Virus record (IMG/VR): IMGVR_UViG_3300013113_000285
Location: 6,863-70,862 of that record
From: a virus
DNA length: 64,000 nucleotides
Direction: 5' to 3' (one strand)
Shown here: piece by piece, positions 48,501-57,681 of the stretch
How positions within the stretch are numbered: position 1 is the stretch's first letter
How the letters are laid out: every line of letters starts with the position of its first letter
The notes under the pieces: generated by a model
The model's database searches: none
Seen by the model: the letters and a program-made list of their open reading frames with translations, nothing else
Told to the model about the DNA's origin: nothing
Translations under genes and position numbers: made by a program

Positions 48501-51301
48501 GGTCGTGGTTCTTCTGGTGAGTCGGGAAGTCGTCCGAGCATATCATAATCCTGGTCTTCCTGTTCTTCCACTTCCATAAAAAGATTCTGCGAGAATCTTA
48601 GACCTTCCTCAGAGAAGGAGTCATAGGTACTACGAAACAAACTCCCTAGTGTGGTCTCCAAGGTGTATTCAAACTGGCTATCCATAAAAGGTACATTACC
48701 AGGAACGGTGTTTCCTTGTTCGTCTTTTCTGCAAAACAAGTTTGGACCTTTGCCATCAGCAAGTGCATCACCAAGGAGTTGTTCTGCCAACTTTCTATTT
48801 CTATCTCTTTCCCTTTCTATCTGCTCCTTTATCTCTTCCTTAGTCATTCCTTTTCCGAGCAAGATATTTTCTCTAGCCAGGGAATCTGGAGGGCAAAGAA
48901 AATCTTCTGGTAGCCTGTCTATAATAGTACCAAGTTCATCACAAATACTCAAGTCCATAGAGCCAGATACTGCTAGGAAAAAGTTTATAATTTGTTCGTC
49001 AGTATCCAGCCCAAGCTCACAATAAGAAGATTCCAATAACCCTTTTACTACGTCGAGCGTTTCCCTATCTGGCTGACCTCTTAGCAAGTCGCAGAGTTCC
49101 CTTAAAGAAAGAAGATTCGTGAGGTCATTCATCAAATCTCTAAACGTCGTTGGGTCTACGAAACCTGCATCAAATAGGTCTTGCATCTTGTTTTGTAAGT
49201 CGCCCAACAAGTCTCCCAACTCTGGTAAGTCAGATGCTGGTAAGCCACTATCTAAGGACTTTTCTCTATTTCCACAACTAGAAAAGAATGCTCCTAGAAG
49301 GTTTCCAACCACTGAAGATATCAAAGAAGATAACATTCCCTCAATACTTCTGGTTAGTGATTTGAAAAATGCCTCCGATATATCATCTGTTGGCAGGTCG
49401 TCTGGCTGTAAGAAGTCTAACAGTTTACCTTCTTTGTGCTGCTTCTTTATCTTGTTATATTCTTTCTCAAGTATATCAAAGTCTCTTTTAATCAATTCGA
49501 AAGACTGAATTGGTATATCAGGGAGTAAACACTTTGTGGAATTCAAAGCCATCTTCTGTATGTCTACTTTATTCAAAAAATAGTCATAAAGTTCTTCCAT
49601 ATCCTTGCTAACAATTTGCTCTGTCTTTGTTGCGTTTTGCGGAGACAAGAGAGGTGCATCAACATATTCTGATTGCTGTTCTCTACTCTCTTGTACTTCA
49701 ATCTTTCTTTCGGTGTTTTGATAAAAGTTATTTTCTTTCTCCAATTCTTCCTTAGTTTTTACCTTCGGACCCTCGGCTTCTTCAACAGGAACTGGAGGTT
49801 CTGGTTTCGGTATTATCTTTACTTCATCGTTAGTAATCCAGTCTTTTAGAAAACTCTTCCAGGGATAATCATCCCCAGTGTCTTTTACCACAGTTTTTAA
49901 CCAGGAGAGTAGAAACTGAGTTCTCTTTGATTGAATACACTCTTTTTCTAGAAACTGTTCTAGGCTTTCACGAAACCAAACTTCTTCTCCTACGTCTGGC
50001 TTGAACTTTACCATTACTGGTTTCAAATTTTTATTCCAATAAAGTTTTAAAAGACCTTTTTCATCAAATATATCTTTGTCAAAACCTTTTGTCTTTTTTG
50101 CAAGAGACTCTATCTCTTTAGGTATGTCCTCTATCTTTTGCTTTTCTTTATCTGCATCAAATTGTAAGACCTGTCCGTCAAAATCTTCTACCTCGTCTCC
50201 AACAGAAGATATTTTGTCTTCCAGCTTTTCAAGCATATCTTCGAAGTCTTCTGTCCTAAATTCATCAAAGAATTCGAACTCTGGTTCTTGGTCGTCCAAT
50301 ACCGCAATATTTCTTACTGGTATTTTTACCGCAGCCATTACTTTTCTTGCCACGCCACGAGGGTCCAAGAAAAGCTCGTATGCTTGTGCTGGTTTATCCC
50401 AGGTTTCAGTATCTACAAATTTTTCTTGAATATATTCTTTAGTTCTCTTCTTTCCTTTGAACTCAAGTATCTTTTCTACGCCCTTATAAAATGCCTCTTC
50501 TAAAGCAGCAGGTCTTTCTGCTTTCATCAAAGTCGTTCTATCAAGATGGACCAAGACATGAACTTCTGCACTTTGAGAAAACTGTTTTGGCTTGTCTTTT
50601 GCCAAAGACGTCCAAGGCGGAGTTTCGCCGCCAGTTGGTATTGCACCTTGTGCTTCTAAGTCATAAGCAGTTGGAAAAGGTGCGTTCTCACGAAAAGCAA
50701 AATCTTTTCTTAAAATATAAAAAGTTTTTGCCTCTGGTCTATCCAATGATTTTGCAAAAGCAAACTTACCGTCCTGACCTACGAAATCATCTATTACTAC
50801 CAAATTTTCATTACTTCCCAAAGCTCTATGAAAAAAGTCATCGTTCTCTTCTGGTTTCAGATAGGTCATTGGAAATCCCACAGTGATGTGATGTGATATT
50901 TCTGCTATCGGAGGAAATCTTTTATGAATGTCTGGTTGAGGTATCTCTGGTTGTTGCTCTTGTTCGTTTTGTAATTCGTCCTCTCCGACTTCTTCTGGCT
51001 TATCGAGAGTAGAGTTGCCCGCAGCAAGAATATCTGATATCCTGCCTCTCTCTTCGCTTGATGCTTCATTTTGTGGGTGAGCCGCTGAGTAAGCATCTAT
51101 ATCTTCTTGTGAAATACTTATACCGTTAGTTATTCCTGCCCTGGGAAGAATAGATGGTGATTGTGAAAACTCAATATTTGCTTCTACAAATGATTGTATT
51201 TCACTCTGGACCTGTTTGGAATAATCGTACCCAGTCTCTTCAATATACTTTTGTTTCTTTTTCTCATCAACGAGACGAGATTGCTGAACTGTGATACTCA
51301 T
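45566..51301 (-). CDS. Large hypothetical acidic helical virion protein (1911 aa)
   Basis: Lies between spike-like genes and gp25; EPTP repeats; hydrophobic stretch near the C-terminus followed by a long coiled coil. Confidence 0.6.
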   Translation of the reverse strand: MSITVQQSRLVDEKKKQKYIEETGYDYSKQVQSEIQSFVEANIEFSQSPSILPRAGITNGISISQEDIDAYSAAHPQNEASSEERGRISDILAAGNSTLDKPEEVGEDELQNEQEQQPEIPQPDIHKRFPPIAEISHHITVGFPMTYLKPEENDDFFHRALGSNENLVVIDDFVGQDGKFAFAKSLDRPEAKTFYILRKDFAFRENAPFPTAYDLEAQGAIPTGGETPPWTSLAKDKPKQFSQSAEVHVLVHLDRTTLMKAERPAALEEAFYKGVEKILEFKGKKRTKEYIQEKFVDTETWDKPAQAYELFLDPRGVARKVMAAVKIPVRNIAVLDDQEPEFEFFDEFRTEDFEDMLEKLEDKISSVGDEVEDFDGQVLQFDADKEKQKIEDIPKEIESLAKKTKGFDKDIFDEKGLLKLYWNKNLKPVMVKFKPDVGEEVWFRESLEQFLEKECIQSKRTQFLLSWLKTVVKDTGDDYPWKSFLKDWITNDEVKIIPKPEPPVPVEEAEGPKVKTKEELEKENNFYQNTERKIEVQESREQQSEYVDAPLLSPQNATKTEQIVSKDMEELYDYFLNKVDIQKMALNSTKCLLPDIPIQSFELIKRDFDILEKEYNKIKKQHKEGKLLDFLQPDDLPTDDISEAFFKSLTRSIEGMLSSLISSVVGNLLGAFFSSCGNREKSLDSGLPASDLPELGDLLGDLQNKMQDLFDAGFVDPTTFRDLMNDLTNLLSLRELCDLLRGQPDRETLDVVKGLLESSYCELGLDTDEQIINFFLAVSGSMDLSICDELGTIIDRLPEDFLCPPDSLARENILLGKGMTKEEIKEQIERERDRNRKLAEQLLGDALADGKGPNLFCRKDEQGNTVPGNVPFMDSQFEYTLETTLGSLFRSTYDSFSEEGLRFSQNLFMEVEEQEDQDYDMLGRLPDSPEEPRPLGLRYTKKVTVTKRKPVPHLVEFYNNPTFSESTETELEIQIPSILESSTDGVESLFNNSDFSSNQTLLRMREEMEAAAEEREAETTKVKFSELDYCEILNRQQEPEPTPEPTPEPQSQIEYKTDGLEGNECGDAEPDAKIVAVEKPEITIQEPVPTPGITTNLGIDFGAVGCESQNIIGSSVLVKGKEYISQREIPENVVLFMEDNIGTDTKKNSKTCMEAIFNKSLELENNISSIEKERRIEGFSQVSGKISEEVRNNIFKILMKSLKNSNYLNYQSIGESEGPTYDRYVLEFINLGPTQTPQCDPHLLRLSQLVEEVKNTMKDQFCLDLNPPESEDKPRLSPLEAAMMKACVKATFRHYIIEVLSTSILTTTSFEGRAAELSDLKCSYIIDKMYESMNRYSKPSEGGSCTSSDTFSGDMPSYFEDFVEQVEDVYGGKNGEGNSLLRKAIKEEYKIISDGFLDALLMSDTRESGILYTFLTENVPTLEPEFGTLLTYTDGRRDVSQFMYPFIYLRENRKDYFSLVTETISDDLTSSFQRYVFPDGTAKYIVPIVERTDLNLLTVQQALFGTFFSVEEYAASLSVHEMETVSTMGTTFASFGETKDNLFSLFYAITPEKDDWGKENKALSSVGGTSGLTKLFDFNNNVFDTPCTEFSYNLGSAEVCWGNPFMGLGGFFSTALRMARDAALLEFKRYVERVDPAVKLAKRLSFLSKLACVNIPTSAIAGGLNVSLAFIFPLTPLASIYHALGLGVFLPSSLLNSDSAEGQDARNQIEEAGLRLPPYCGQVFDTTYAQLGLQPEQQTRIEEIDSRIPQAENEIREAEERIEEIEEAIRQNQAELARALMNDNSALELRIRSERQELDSENERKQGEIENLRREIQNLLVEKDSILNPETEEERVERERREQELTEINGQILEKSLRVSELTEEITILSAQIVRANLQGRNTRLKSSQKDDLEEERDSLLEEIEALREQL
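48156..48190 (-). repeat. 12-nt tandem coding repeat (EPTP)
   Basis: ggttcaggagtt x2 plus a partial copy, encoding EPEPTPEPTPEP. Confidence 0.7.
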
Positions 51302-51305
51302 TTTA

Positions 51306-52211
51306 TTAATTCACCTTATTATATCTACTGTTGATATAGCCTCTACCACCTTGAGATAAATAGTTTTTTTCAAAGTTTTCTAAGTTCGTCCTGTTTGTTC
51401 TAAGAGACGTCTTTGTTTTAGAAAGGTGCCTTGATATTGTAATTGGAGCAACCAACTGAAGTGCTGGTGATGTTGAAGTTCTCAGACCTGCACTTGCCGA
51501 GATGTGCCAGTGGTCTTTTATTTCTTTGTTGAGTTTGTCTTGCTCTATAAGAAGACCTTCGACGATTCCATTTAGCTTTGCTACGTGAAGTGTTAACCTC
51601 TTCATTGCTTTTACGAGGTTATCCCCCTTTACCATAGGCTGTAAGTCAGAGTCAGCATTGTTTGCAATAATATCTACCCCAAACTTAGAAGTATCAGTAC
51701 TGCCTCCTTGAGAATTTTTATTATCGACCCCAGTGACTATCTTTATATTTTCTCTAGAAACAAGCCTAAGGGCATCTGCCTTTATGCCGATTGCTGATTT
51801 GGTTTTTGCATTGCCGCTGCCTGTGGCAAGACCAAAATATTCATCTATATCAGCCTTTTGACTTATGTATATTCTGGCTGCATCTACTTCAAAGTCTGGG
51901 TCAACATATGAAATCTCAGATGGTGCTTCAGCCATTCTTCCAACAACAATATCTATCATTGAAGCCTGAGTATCGCCTTTACCTCCGTAGCCACTATTAC
52001 GAGAACTATTTCTGTCTCGCCCCATAACAATGTAATTATTGTTTTTACCCTTTAGCTCTACCTCGCAGTCTGCCTGGACGAAGTTCGGTACAGGCTCTAC
52101 AAGTTCCGAACAAAATACGCCGTTCCTAAGAGCATCGAAACTCTTATTACCAGTTGATAATGAGGAGGATTTTTCTTCGGTTATTGTTTTTCTATCTACT
52201 GCTTTTTTCAT
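51306..52211 (-). CDS. Probable baseplate hub/spike component (gp5 C-terminal-like)
   Basis: Short beta-strand repeats (IVMGRDR, ARIYISQKADID, IKADALRLVSRENIKI), QPMVKGDNL, HWH near the C-terminus. Confidence 0.5.
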   Translation of the reverse strand: MKKAVDRKTITEEKSSSLSTGNKSFDALRNGVFCSELVEPVPNFVQADCEVELKGKNNNYIVMGRDRNSSRNSGYGGKGDTQASMIDIVVGRMAEAPSEISYVDPDFEVDAARIYISQKADIDEYFGLATGSGNAKTKSAIGIKADALRLVSRENIKIVTGVDNKNSQGGSTDTSKFGVDIIANNADSDLQPMVKGDNLVKAMKRLTLHVAKLNGIVEGLLIEQDKLNKEIKDHWHISASAGLRTSTSPALQLVAPITISRHLSKTKTSLRTNRTNLENFEKNYLSQGGRGYINSRYNKVN

Positions 52212-52227
52212 AATACATTTTCACCTC

Positions 52228-53493
52228 TTATGCGTACTGTGGGTATTTTCTTCTCTCAGAAGAGGTCAAAGGCATCTTCTTTTCTATTGTTATTTTTTTA
52301 GGCTCAGAACTACCATTTCCAGGTGTTATTTCGTGTGTAGTCCAATTTCTTGCGACCTTGGCTATTTCAAAGCATTTATTCCAAGAGTCTTGTGGGCTGT
52401 TTTCAAGCAACCTATGTGCAAAATATAAACAGGGATAATTACCATCTCCATGATTTGGAGAAGCAGCAACGTGACTTACAACTCCTGATTTCATACCCTT
52501 GCCTACTCCGCCCTTCATACTAAAAAGAAATTTTTGATTCTTTTCATCTAAAATAATTTGCGGCATAACAAAAGGTATTCCAGTTATGTCACAAACGTGG
52601 TGAACTAGTGCATAACAATTTTCTAGCTTTTCTACAGAAGGTATATTATACTTGTTCTTCCAGTAAAACCTTGCTGGCTTTAATAAGTTTTCTTTTCCAT
52701 GATAAGCATGGTTGAACTCTATACCGATAGACCTTCTATTGAATCCAGGACAATGTATGAGATAGTGTTCTATCCCTTCATACTGAATTATTTTTGTATC
52801 TGTAGCTAAAAAATGTACTCCACAGCCTTTGTTTTTTAGAACACTTTCCGTAGCCTTGTAGTTGTCTGAGCCAGACTCATGAATAACAATAGCGTCAGGT
52901 GGTTGAGCAAATTTGCGGCGTCTGAAACCAGTCAACCCATCACTGTTAGTCTGATTGTCGAGTGGACCGCCTCTATATCTTTTTCCCTTGTTGCTTCCAT
53001 TGGTTCCTTTGTGAGAACTCTTGGGACTTGCAGATTTAGTGGGCTTTTCTGTGGCTCCCTCCTTATCCAAGATATCTATAATGAAGTTTTTATTAGAAGT
53101 ATCATCTATTTCTACAAGAACCTTGGCTCCTGCTTTCGGTATAGTTTGAGCATTCTCTCCCTTTGGAACATATGTTCGGTGCAACTCTATCTTCTGTATT
53201 TCAAGCTCTTCAGTTGGCTTTGGAAAACCCGTGGGCTCTGGAATGTGTGCATCCAACTCTGGTATTCTTACCTTAGCCGTCCATTGCGGACTGAAAAGTG
53301 AAGAAAAGAACCCTTGCTCTCCTTTATCGACCCTAAGAACATATCCTACATATGGTCCTTGTTTTATCTGAGATTTAGAGTAGTTTTTTACTATTACGTT
53401 TTTTATAACATTAGAAGAACTATTATTCTTTACGTCTATAGTATCTTGGTCTTTCTTAGTTATTTCTCCGTTGTACTCGCCGTAATCAGCCAT
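52228..53493 (-). CDS. gp5-like OB-fold N-terminus fused to N-acetylmuramoyl-L-alanine amidase (Amidase_2)
   Basis: AKVRIPEL...IPKAGAKVLVE N-domain; AIVIHES, GVHF, HCPGFNRRSIGIEF, VVSH and DG Zn-amidase motifs. Confidence 0.7.
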   Translation of the reverse strand: MADYGEYNGEITKKDQDTIDVKNNSSSNVIKNVIVKNYSKSQIKQGPYVGYVLRVDKGEQGFFSSLFSPQWTAKVRIPELDAHIPEPTGFPKPTEELEIQKIELHRTYVPKGENAQTIPKAGAKVLVEIDDTSNKNFIIDILDKEGATEKPTKSASPKSSHKGTNGSNKGKRYRGGPLDNQTNSDGLTGFRRRKFAQPPDAIVIHESGSDNYKATESVLKNKGCGVHFLATDTKIIQYEGIEHYLIHCPGFNRRSIGIEFNHAYHGKENLLKPARFYWKNKYNIPSVEKLENCYALVHHVCDITGIPFVMPQIILDEKNQKFLFSMKGGVGKGMKSGVVSHVAASPNHGDGNYPCLYFAHRLLENSPQDSWNKCFEIAKVARNWTTHEITPGNGSSEPKKITIEKKMPLTSSERRKYPQYA

Positions 53494-53806
53494 CTTCGTC
53501 TTTCGCCTCAGAGTTTAGAAGGTCATATATCTCATCCTTCTCGGAAGCACTAAGACCTTGCTGCTTGTTTTCTTTCTTTTGAAGAAGAGCCGCAAGTTTG
53601 ACTATTTGTTCATTTGACCTTTGGAGTGTTTCAACATATTTAGATGCGATAAGACCGCACTGCTGAATGGTAGATAGTCCATTTTGCTTTGTCATTTCTT
53701 GGACTAATTCTGTTAGTAGGTGGGAAGTGATTGCTCTATCGGAGCGAATATTTTCTATTGCTTCTCCAATAAACTCTTCAAGATTTTGATTCTTCTTTTT
53801 TGCCAT
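53486..53806 (-). CDS. Hypothetical helical protein
   Basis: Likely start MAKKKNQ at 53806; KYVETLQRSNEQIVKLA. Confidence 0.6.
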   Translation of the reverse strand: MAKKKNQNLEEFIGEAIENIRSDRAITSHLLTELVQEMTKQNGLSTIQQCGLIASKYVETLQRSNEQIVKLAALLQKKENKQQGLSASEKDEIYDLLNSEAKDEDG

Positions 53807-54542
53807 TATCTGTCCCTTCAATATGGGTGATTCTTCCCTCATCCCAGTCTGTCTTGAAAGAACGATACTTTACTCGAAGTTTGTTTAGATTATTTACAAC
53901 CTGTTTTGTATTGAGCCCAGTAAGTTCTCTCAAGTATAGGTAAATAGCTTTCTTATTAAAAATTTCAATATCGTCAGGTTGCTCCATTAGAATCTTGACT
54001 GCCTTATAAACCCGCTCTTCAGTTGGCTTCATAGGCATTTCACCCCACTTTTCTATTTCAGACCAAAGAGCGTTCCAGAACTGTTTTTGTTCCATAACAT
54101 CTTCATATGGATTCTCAGTTGAAAGATACCTTTCCTCGATAGTCCGAGGAATATAATCATACTGAATTTCTCTTTGTCTCTGTAAAGAGTGTTTCTTTAC
54201 TTTATGGATAAACCAGTTCTTTGTAATAACAGAAAAATAAGAGAAAGCCTTTGAGCCCTTAGACGGGTCAAACTTTTCAAGAATCGTTGTAAGCCAAATC
54301 TTACACTCATCTCGCAACTCATCAATATTAGGAAGTGTTGTAAATTTGTAAGTGAAAACAATTTTATCAACCATTTCATTCATTGCTGGCTGAATAAGTC
54401 CTCTATAAAGCTCTTCTCTCTTCTTTCTATCGCTAGAAGAACAATACTCAAGGATTGCCTGCTCGTGAACTTCCGTAAAATAAAGTCTTTTAGTTCTTTT
54501 ACGTCTTCTTCTTTTAATTGGCTTCTTCTTCTGTTCCGTCAT
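53778..54542 (-). CDS. Phage RNA polymerase sigma factor (T4 gp55-like late sigma)
   Basis: Region-2 signature LEKFDPSKGSKAFSYFSVITKNWFI; C-terminal HTH-like LRELTGLNTKQV. Confidence 0.75.
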   Translation of the reverse strand: MTEQKKKPIKRRRRKRTKRLYFTEVHEQAILEYCSSSDRKKREELYRGLIQPAMNEMVDKIVFTYKFTTLPNIDELRDECKIWLTTILEKFDPSKGSKAFSYFSVITKNWFIHKVKKHSLQRQREIQYDYIPRTIEERYLSTENPYEDVMEQKQFWNALWSEIEKWGEMPMKPTEERVYKAVKILMEQPDDIEIFNKKAIYLYLRELTGLNTKQVVNNLNKLRVKYRSFKTDWDEGRITHIEGTDNGKKEESKS

Positions 54543-54810
54543 TTTTATCTACTATCACCCTATTCTGAAATTCCTCAGTCCATTCGTGGAAGTCCTTAAT
54601 AAGTCCTAGTAGTTCTTTAAGGCGAGGTTCTCCATAGAAAAGGTCCATGTTATAAGTTTCTTCAAGAAAAGTATGAAAAACAGAAAACCTCTCGTTCATC
54701 TCAAGAGCTTGTTCTTCCATAATAGAAAGTATTTTTCTAATATACCAAACCAACAAACCACAAGCAACAATAGAAAGTGGAAATAAAAAATAAATAATAG
54801 CTTCAATCAT
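54514..54810 (-). CDS. Small membrane protein
   Basis: Likely start MIEAIIYF at 54810; single N-terminal TM. Confidence 0.55.
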   Translation of the reverse strand: MIEAIIYFLFPLSIVACGLLVWYIRKILSIMEEQALEMNERFSVFHTFLEETYNMDLFYGEPRLKELLGLIKDFHEWTEEFQNRVIVDKNDGTEEEAN

Positions 54811-55060
54811 TTTCTTTTCTTGCCTCTTCCTTTTGTTGTTCCAGAACTTCTCGTGAGGTTTCAATGAATTCTTTTACTCGCTCACCAGCAGTGGTCTGCT
54901 TGTTCTGTTTCACCTTTACATTTATTTTATCATAAACTCTTTTGAGTTTATCTTTATTTTCACAACCACAAACCTCACACTGCTCTACTACCTCGTTCAT
55001 TCCGTGAAAGACTTGAAAGGTAGCTTCGCAGTGTAAGCATTTGTAGGAGTAGCGAGGCAT
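54803..55060 (-). CDS. FmdB-family zinc-ribbon protein
   Basis: MPRYSYKCLHC...F...CEVCG...LKRV. Confidence 0.8.
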   Translation of the reverse strand: MPRYSYKCLHCEATFQVFHGMNEVVEQCEVCGCENKDKLKRVYDKINVKVKQNKQTTAGERVKEFIETSREVLEQQKEEARKEND

Positions 55061-55063
55061 AAC

Positions 55064-55270
55064 TTAGCTATCCTCGTCGATGATGTTTTCGATGTTGAAA
55101 TTTGGTGGGTTGGAAACAACAAGTTCGCCGTTTTTGGTTCCCCATCGCTTTGTTTCCCCATCCTTTGTAAAGTCCAAAGAACGTAAAATAGGAACAATAT
55201 CTGTTTGCTCTAATAAACTTTTTTGTAGAGCGTTCATAATAGCACCGAGTGCTTGGTCACTTAGTTTCAT
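55064..55270 (-). CDS. Hypothetical protein
   Basis: Likely start MKLSDQALG at 55270 with SD AAGGAG. Confidence 0.6.
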   Translation of the reverse strand: MKLSDQALGAIMNALQKSLLEQTDIVPILRSLDFTKDGETKRWGTKNGELVVSNPPNFNIENIIDEDS

Positions 55271-56420
55271 CAATGTCTCCTTCTGTTGTATCAATAATAC
55301 TATCTATAATACTATTATACCTCATATTGAGAGTTTGTTCAGTGAAATTTTCATTTATAAAGTTCTGATGTGTCTTAGCAGACTTTTTATATTTATTTAT
55401 ATTGTTATAAACTTCTCTCATTTGTGTTCTCACAGAACTTGTCTTAGGAAAGCACCATTTTGTTCCTGCTTCAAGAACACCTTCCCACACTTGGTGTTCC
55501 TCTAGTTCTTTCTCCTCATACTCCAACTCTACAAAAGAATCGTTTGAGAAGTCCCTAATCCCGCCCCAGTTGGGCGCAATGACTGGAACGCCATGTTGTG
55601 CTGCCTCAAATACAGGAAGTCCAAAACCTTCGCCATGTGAAGTTGTGATATAAGCAGAGACATTTTTGTTTTTATAAAGTGAAACCATTTCAGCATCAGA
55701 AAGAGAGCCATGAAAAAGATAAACTTTACACTTTCTGTCTTGTACTGTATGACCGAGTAGTGCTTCTAGTCTTTGCTTTGTTTGTTCTCTGTCAATGCGA
55801 GAGCCCCCAGTTAGATTAGTCTTTACAACGAGACCAACTTCTTCATTTTGAAATTCTTCAATGAATGAGATAATTGTTTGCTCTAAATTTTTTCTTGGGC
55901 TCCATTGTGCTACAGTAAGAAAGTTGAAATCTGTCTCTAGGTCAAAATCTATTTTCTTCGCTCTTAGCTTTTTAGCAGGAAAATTAACAACCTCGACCTT
56001 TTCTTGAACTTCCTCCGAGAAACACTCTTTAGAATGTTGCGATGGTACAATAACCCTATCCATCTCCAAACAAGCTCTACTCCAACTATCTGGTGCTGCT
56101 GTAGTTTCAACCCCTGCTGTAATTCCGATATTCTTTTCACAAAGTTTCTGCCATTCGCTTGGAAGTTGCACTTGAATAGAAGTCGCAAAATCACGGACAC
56201 CTGTTTGAATAGCTCTAGCTGTACGCATAATTGTATTATCTATCCATTCTCGCTCTTCCGTGTCTTCAGAAATCCAGCCTGTACTTCCCCAGCCTACATT
56301 CAATAGATAAACCTCGTTTCTATCATCAGAACGAAGTGCTCGTAAAACAGAGCGACAATGCTCTCCATAGCCAGAGCGAGATAGGGCTGGTCCTCTTACA
56401 AGAATTTTTCTTTTACTCAT
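55257..56420 (-). CDS. Glycosyltransferase (GT-B, GT4-like)
   Basis: SGYG N-terminal motif, PRKNL, SHGEGFGLPVFEAAQHGVPVI. Confidence 0.88.
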   Translation of the reverse strand: MSKRKILVRGPALSRSGYGEHCRSVLRALRSDDRNEVYLLNVGWGSTGWISEDTEEREWIDNTIMRTARAIQTGVRDFATSIQVQLPSEWQKLCEKNIGITAGVETTAAPDSWSRACLEMDRVIVPSQHSKECFSEEVQEKVEVVNFPAKKLRAKKIDFDLETDFNFLTVAQWSPRKNLEQTIISFIEEFQNEEVGLVVKTNLTGGSRIDREQTKQRLEALLGHTVQDRKCKVYLFHGSLSDAEMVSLYKNKNVSAYITTSHGEGFGLPVFEAAQHGVPVIAPNWGGIRDFSNDSFVELEYEEKELEEHQVWEGVLEAGTKWCFPKTSSVRTQMREVYNNINKYKKSAKTHQNFINENFTEQTLNMRYNSIIDSIIDTTEGDIDETK

Positions 56421-57673
56421 AGTTCAATAATCTCCCAGTTCTGATGTTTTCGACTCTTCCAAGAACCTGCTGTCTTATGAAGTTGTGTGAGTGTTTTTTC
56501 CCACTGTTCTGCAAAGTTTTTACTATTATAATTTCTTACAACGTGATTGTGTCCTAATTGTCCGAGACGAGTCCTCTCCTCTTTTGATAAAGAATAAAAC
56601 TTTCTCAGTGCTCCGATAAAATCTTCTTTACTAACTCTATCTTGGTAGATATAAGGAACTTGTTGAGAGCCTATAATAGTCCTTGTACTTGGCTCGATAC
56701 CAATGCCGAAAGTATCCTCGCCATCAGTAATTTGCTCTTGCAACCCACCTGTTTTATTTACAATAATAGGTGTTCCACAGGCAAGTGATTCCAGTGTAGA
56801 TAAGCCAAAACCTTCAGCGTCTGAAATGTTGATAGTGCAATCAGTCGAATTATAAAGCATAGCCATTTTCTCTGGCTCATACTTCAAGGGAGAAAGCATT
56901 ACTTCTCCATTGTCTAGACCAAGTTCTGAAATGCTTGATTGTAAATCTGCACCTGTCTGTTCGTCAGGATTGGTGTGCATCAGTAGCGCTGCTTTATCGT
57001 GCCCTACCTCTTCTAAGAATTCCTTGAACCACCACATAAGAGTTACTGCATTCTTCCTCTGTGTGTTCCTATTATTCCAGAAGAAAATAGTCTTTTCGTC
57101 GGGACCGAAATGTTCTTTACGAAATTGTACCACTTCTTCTTCTGGAAGAATCTTATAAACACTTTCATCAACTGTATGAGGAATTCGAATGTGCTTTGCA
57201 GTTGTTCCAACCTCATCGACCATTTTCTCTGTTAGCTTGGAAATAGAGACAATCAAGTCGTTTGAGTCGTAGAACTTTTTATTATATTTTGGTGCTGGTC
57301 CATTATCCCAAACGTGATAATAGCATACAGGGACTTGTGCTCGTACCTCGTCCTCAATGCCCCAAAACCAAGACCAGTACCGAGGGTCCGTCATCAGCCA
57401 AACAATATCAGGTCTCTCCGTTCGTAAAACAGAGCGGACCATCTCTTGACTACCATAACCTTCTACAGGAAATATCTTCCAGTCATCACCATACTGTTCT
57501 GTTTTTACAGGAGACATGTCTTTATGCTTCATCGCACCAGCTAGTGAAACAAACTCAAATTTGTCTGTCTTCAACATCGCTTCGATGAAAAGCCTAGTCT
57601 GTATAGCAACACCCGTTGAAAACAACGGGTGGTCTGACAGTGTTAGTATTTTTATTTTTTTATTTTTAGCCAT
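56417..57673 (-). CDS. Glycosyltransferase (GT-B, GT4-like)
   Basis: NNRNTQRKN, SDAEGFGLSTLESLACGTPII, TGGLQEQ; likely start MAKNKK at 57673. Confidence 0.9.
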   Translation of the reverse strand: MAKNKKIKILTLSDHPLFSTGVAIQTRLFIEAMLKTDKFEFVSLAGAMKHKDMSPVKTEQYGDDWKIFPVEGYGSQEMVRSVLRTERPDIVWLMTDPRYWSWFWGIEDEVRAQVPVCYYHVWDNGPAPKYNKKFYDSNDLIVSISKLTEKMVDEVGTTAKHIRIPHTVDESVYKILPEEEVVQFRKEHFGPDEKTIFFWNNRNTQRKNAVTLMWWFKEFLEEVGHDKAALLMHTNPDEQTGADLQSSISELGLDNGEVMLSPLKYEPEKMAMLYNSTDCTINISDAEGFGLSTLESLACGTPIIVNKTGGLQEQITDGEDTFGIGIEPSTRTIIGSQQVPYIYQDRVSKEDFIGALRKFYSLSKEERTRLGQLGHNHVVRNYNSKNFAEQWEKTLTQLHKTAGSWKSRKHQNWEIIEL

Positions 57674-57681
57674 ATTTTCTC

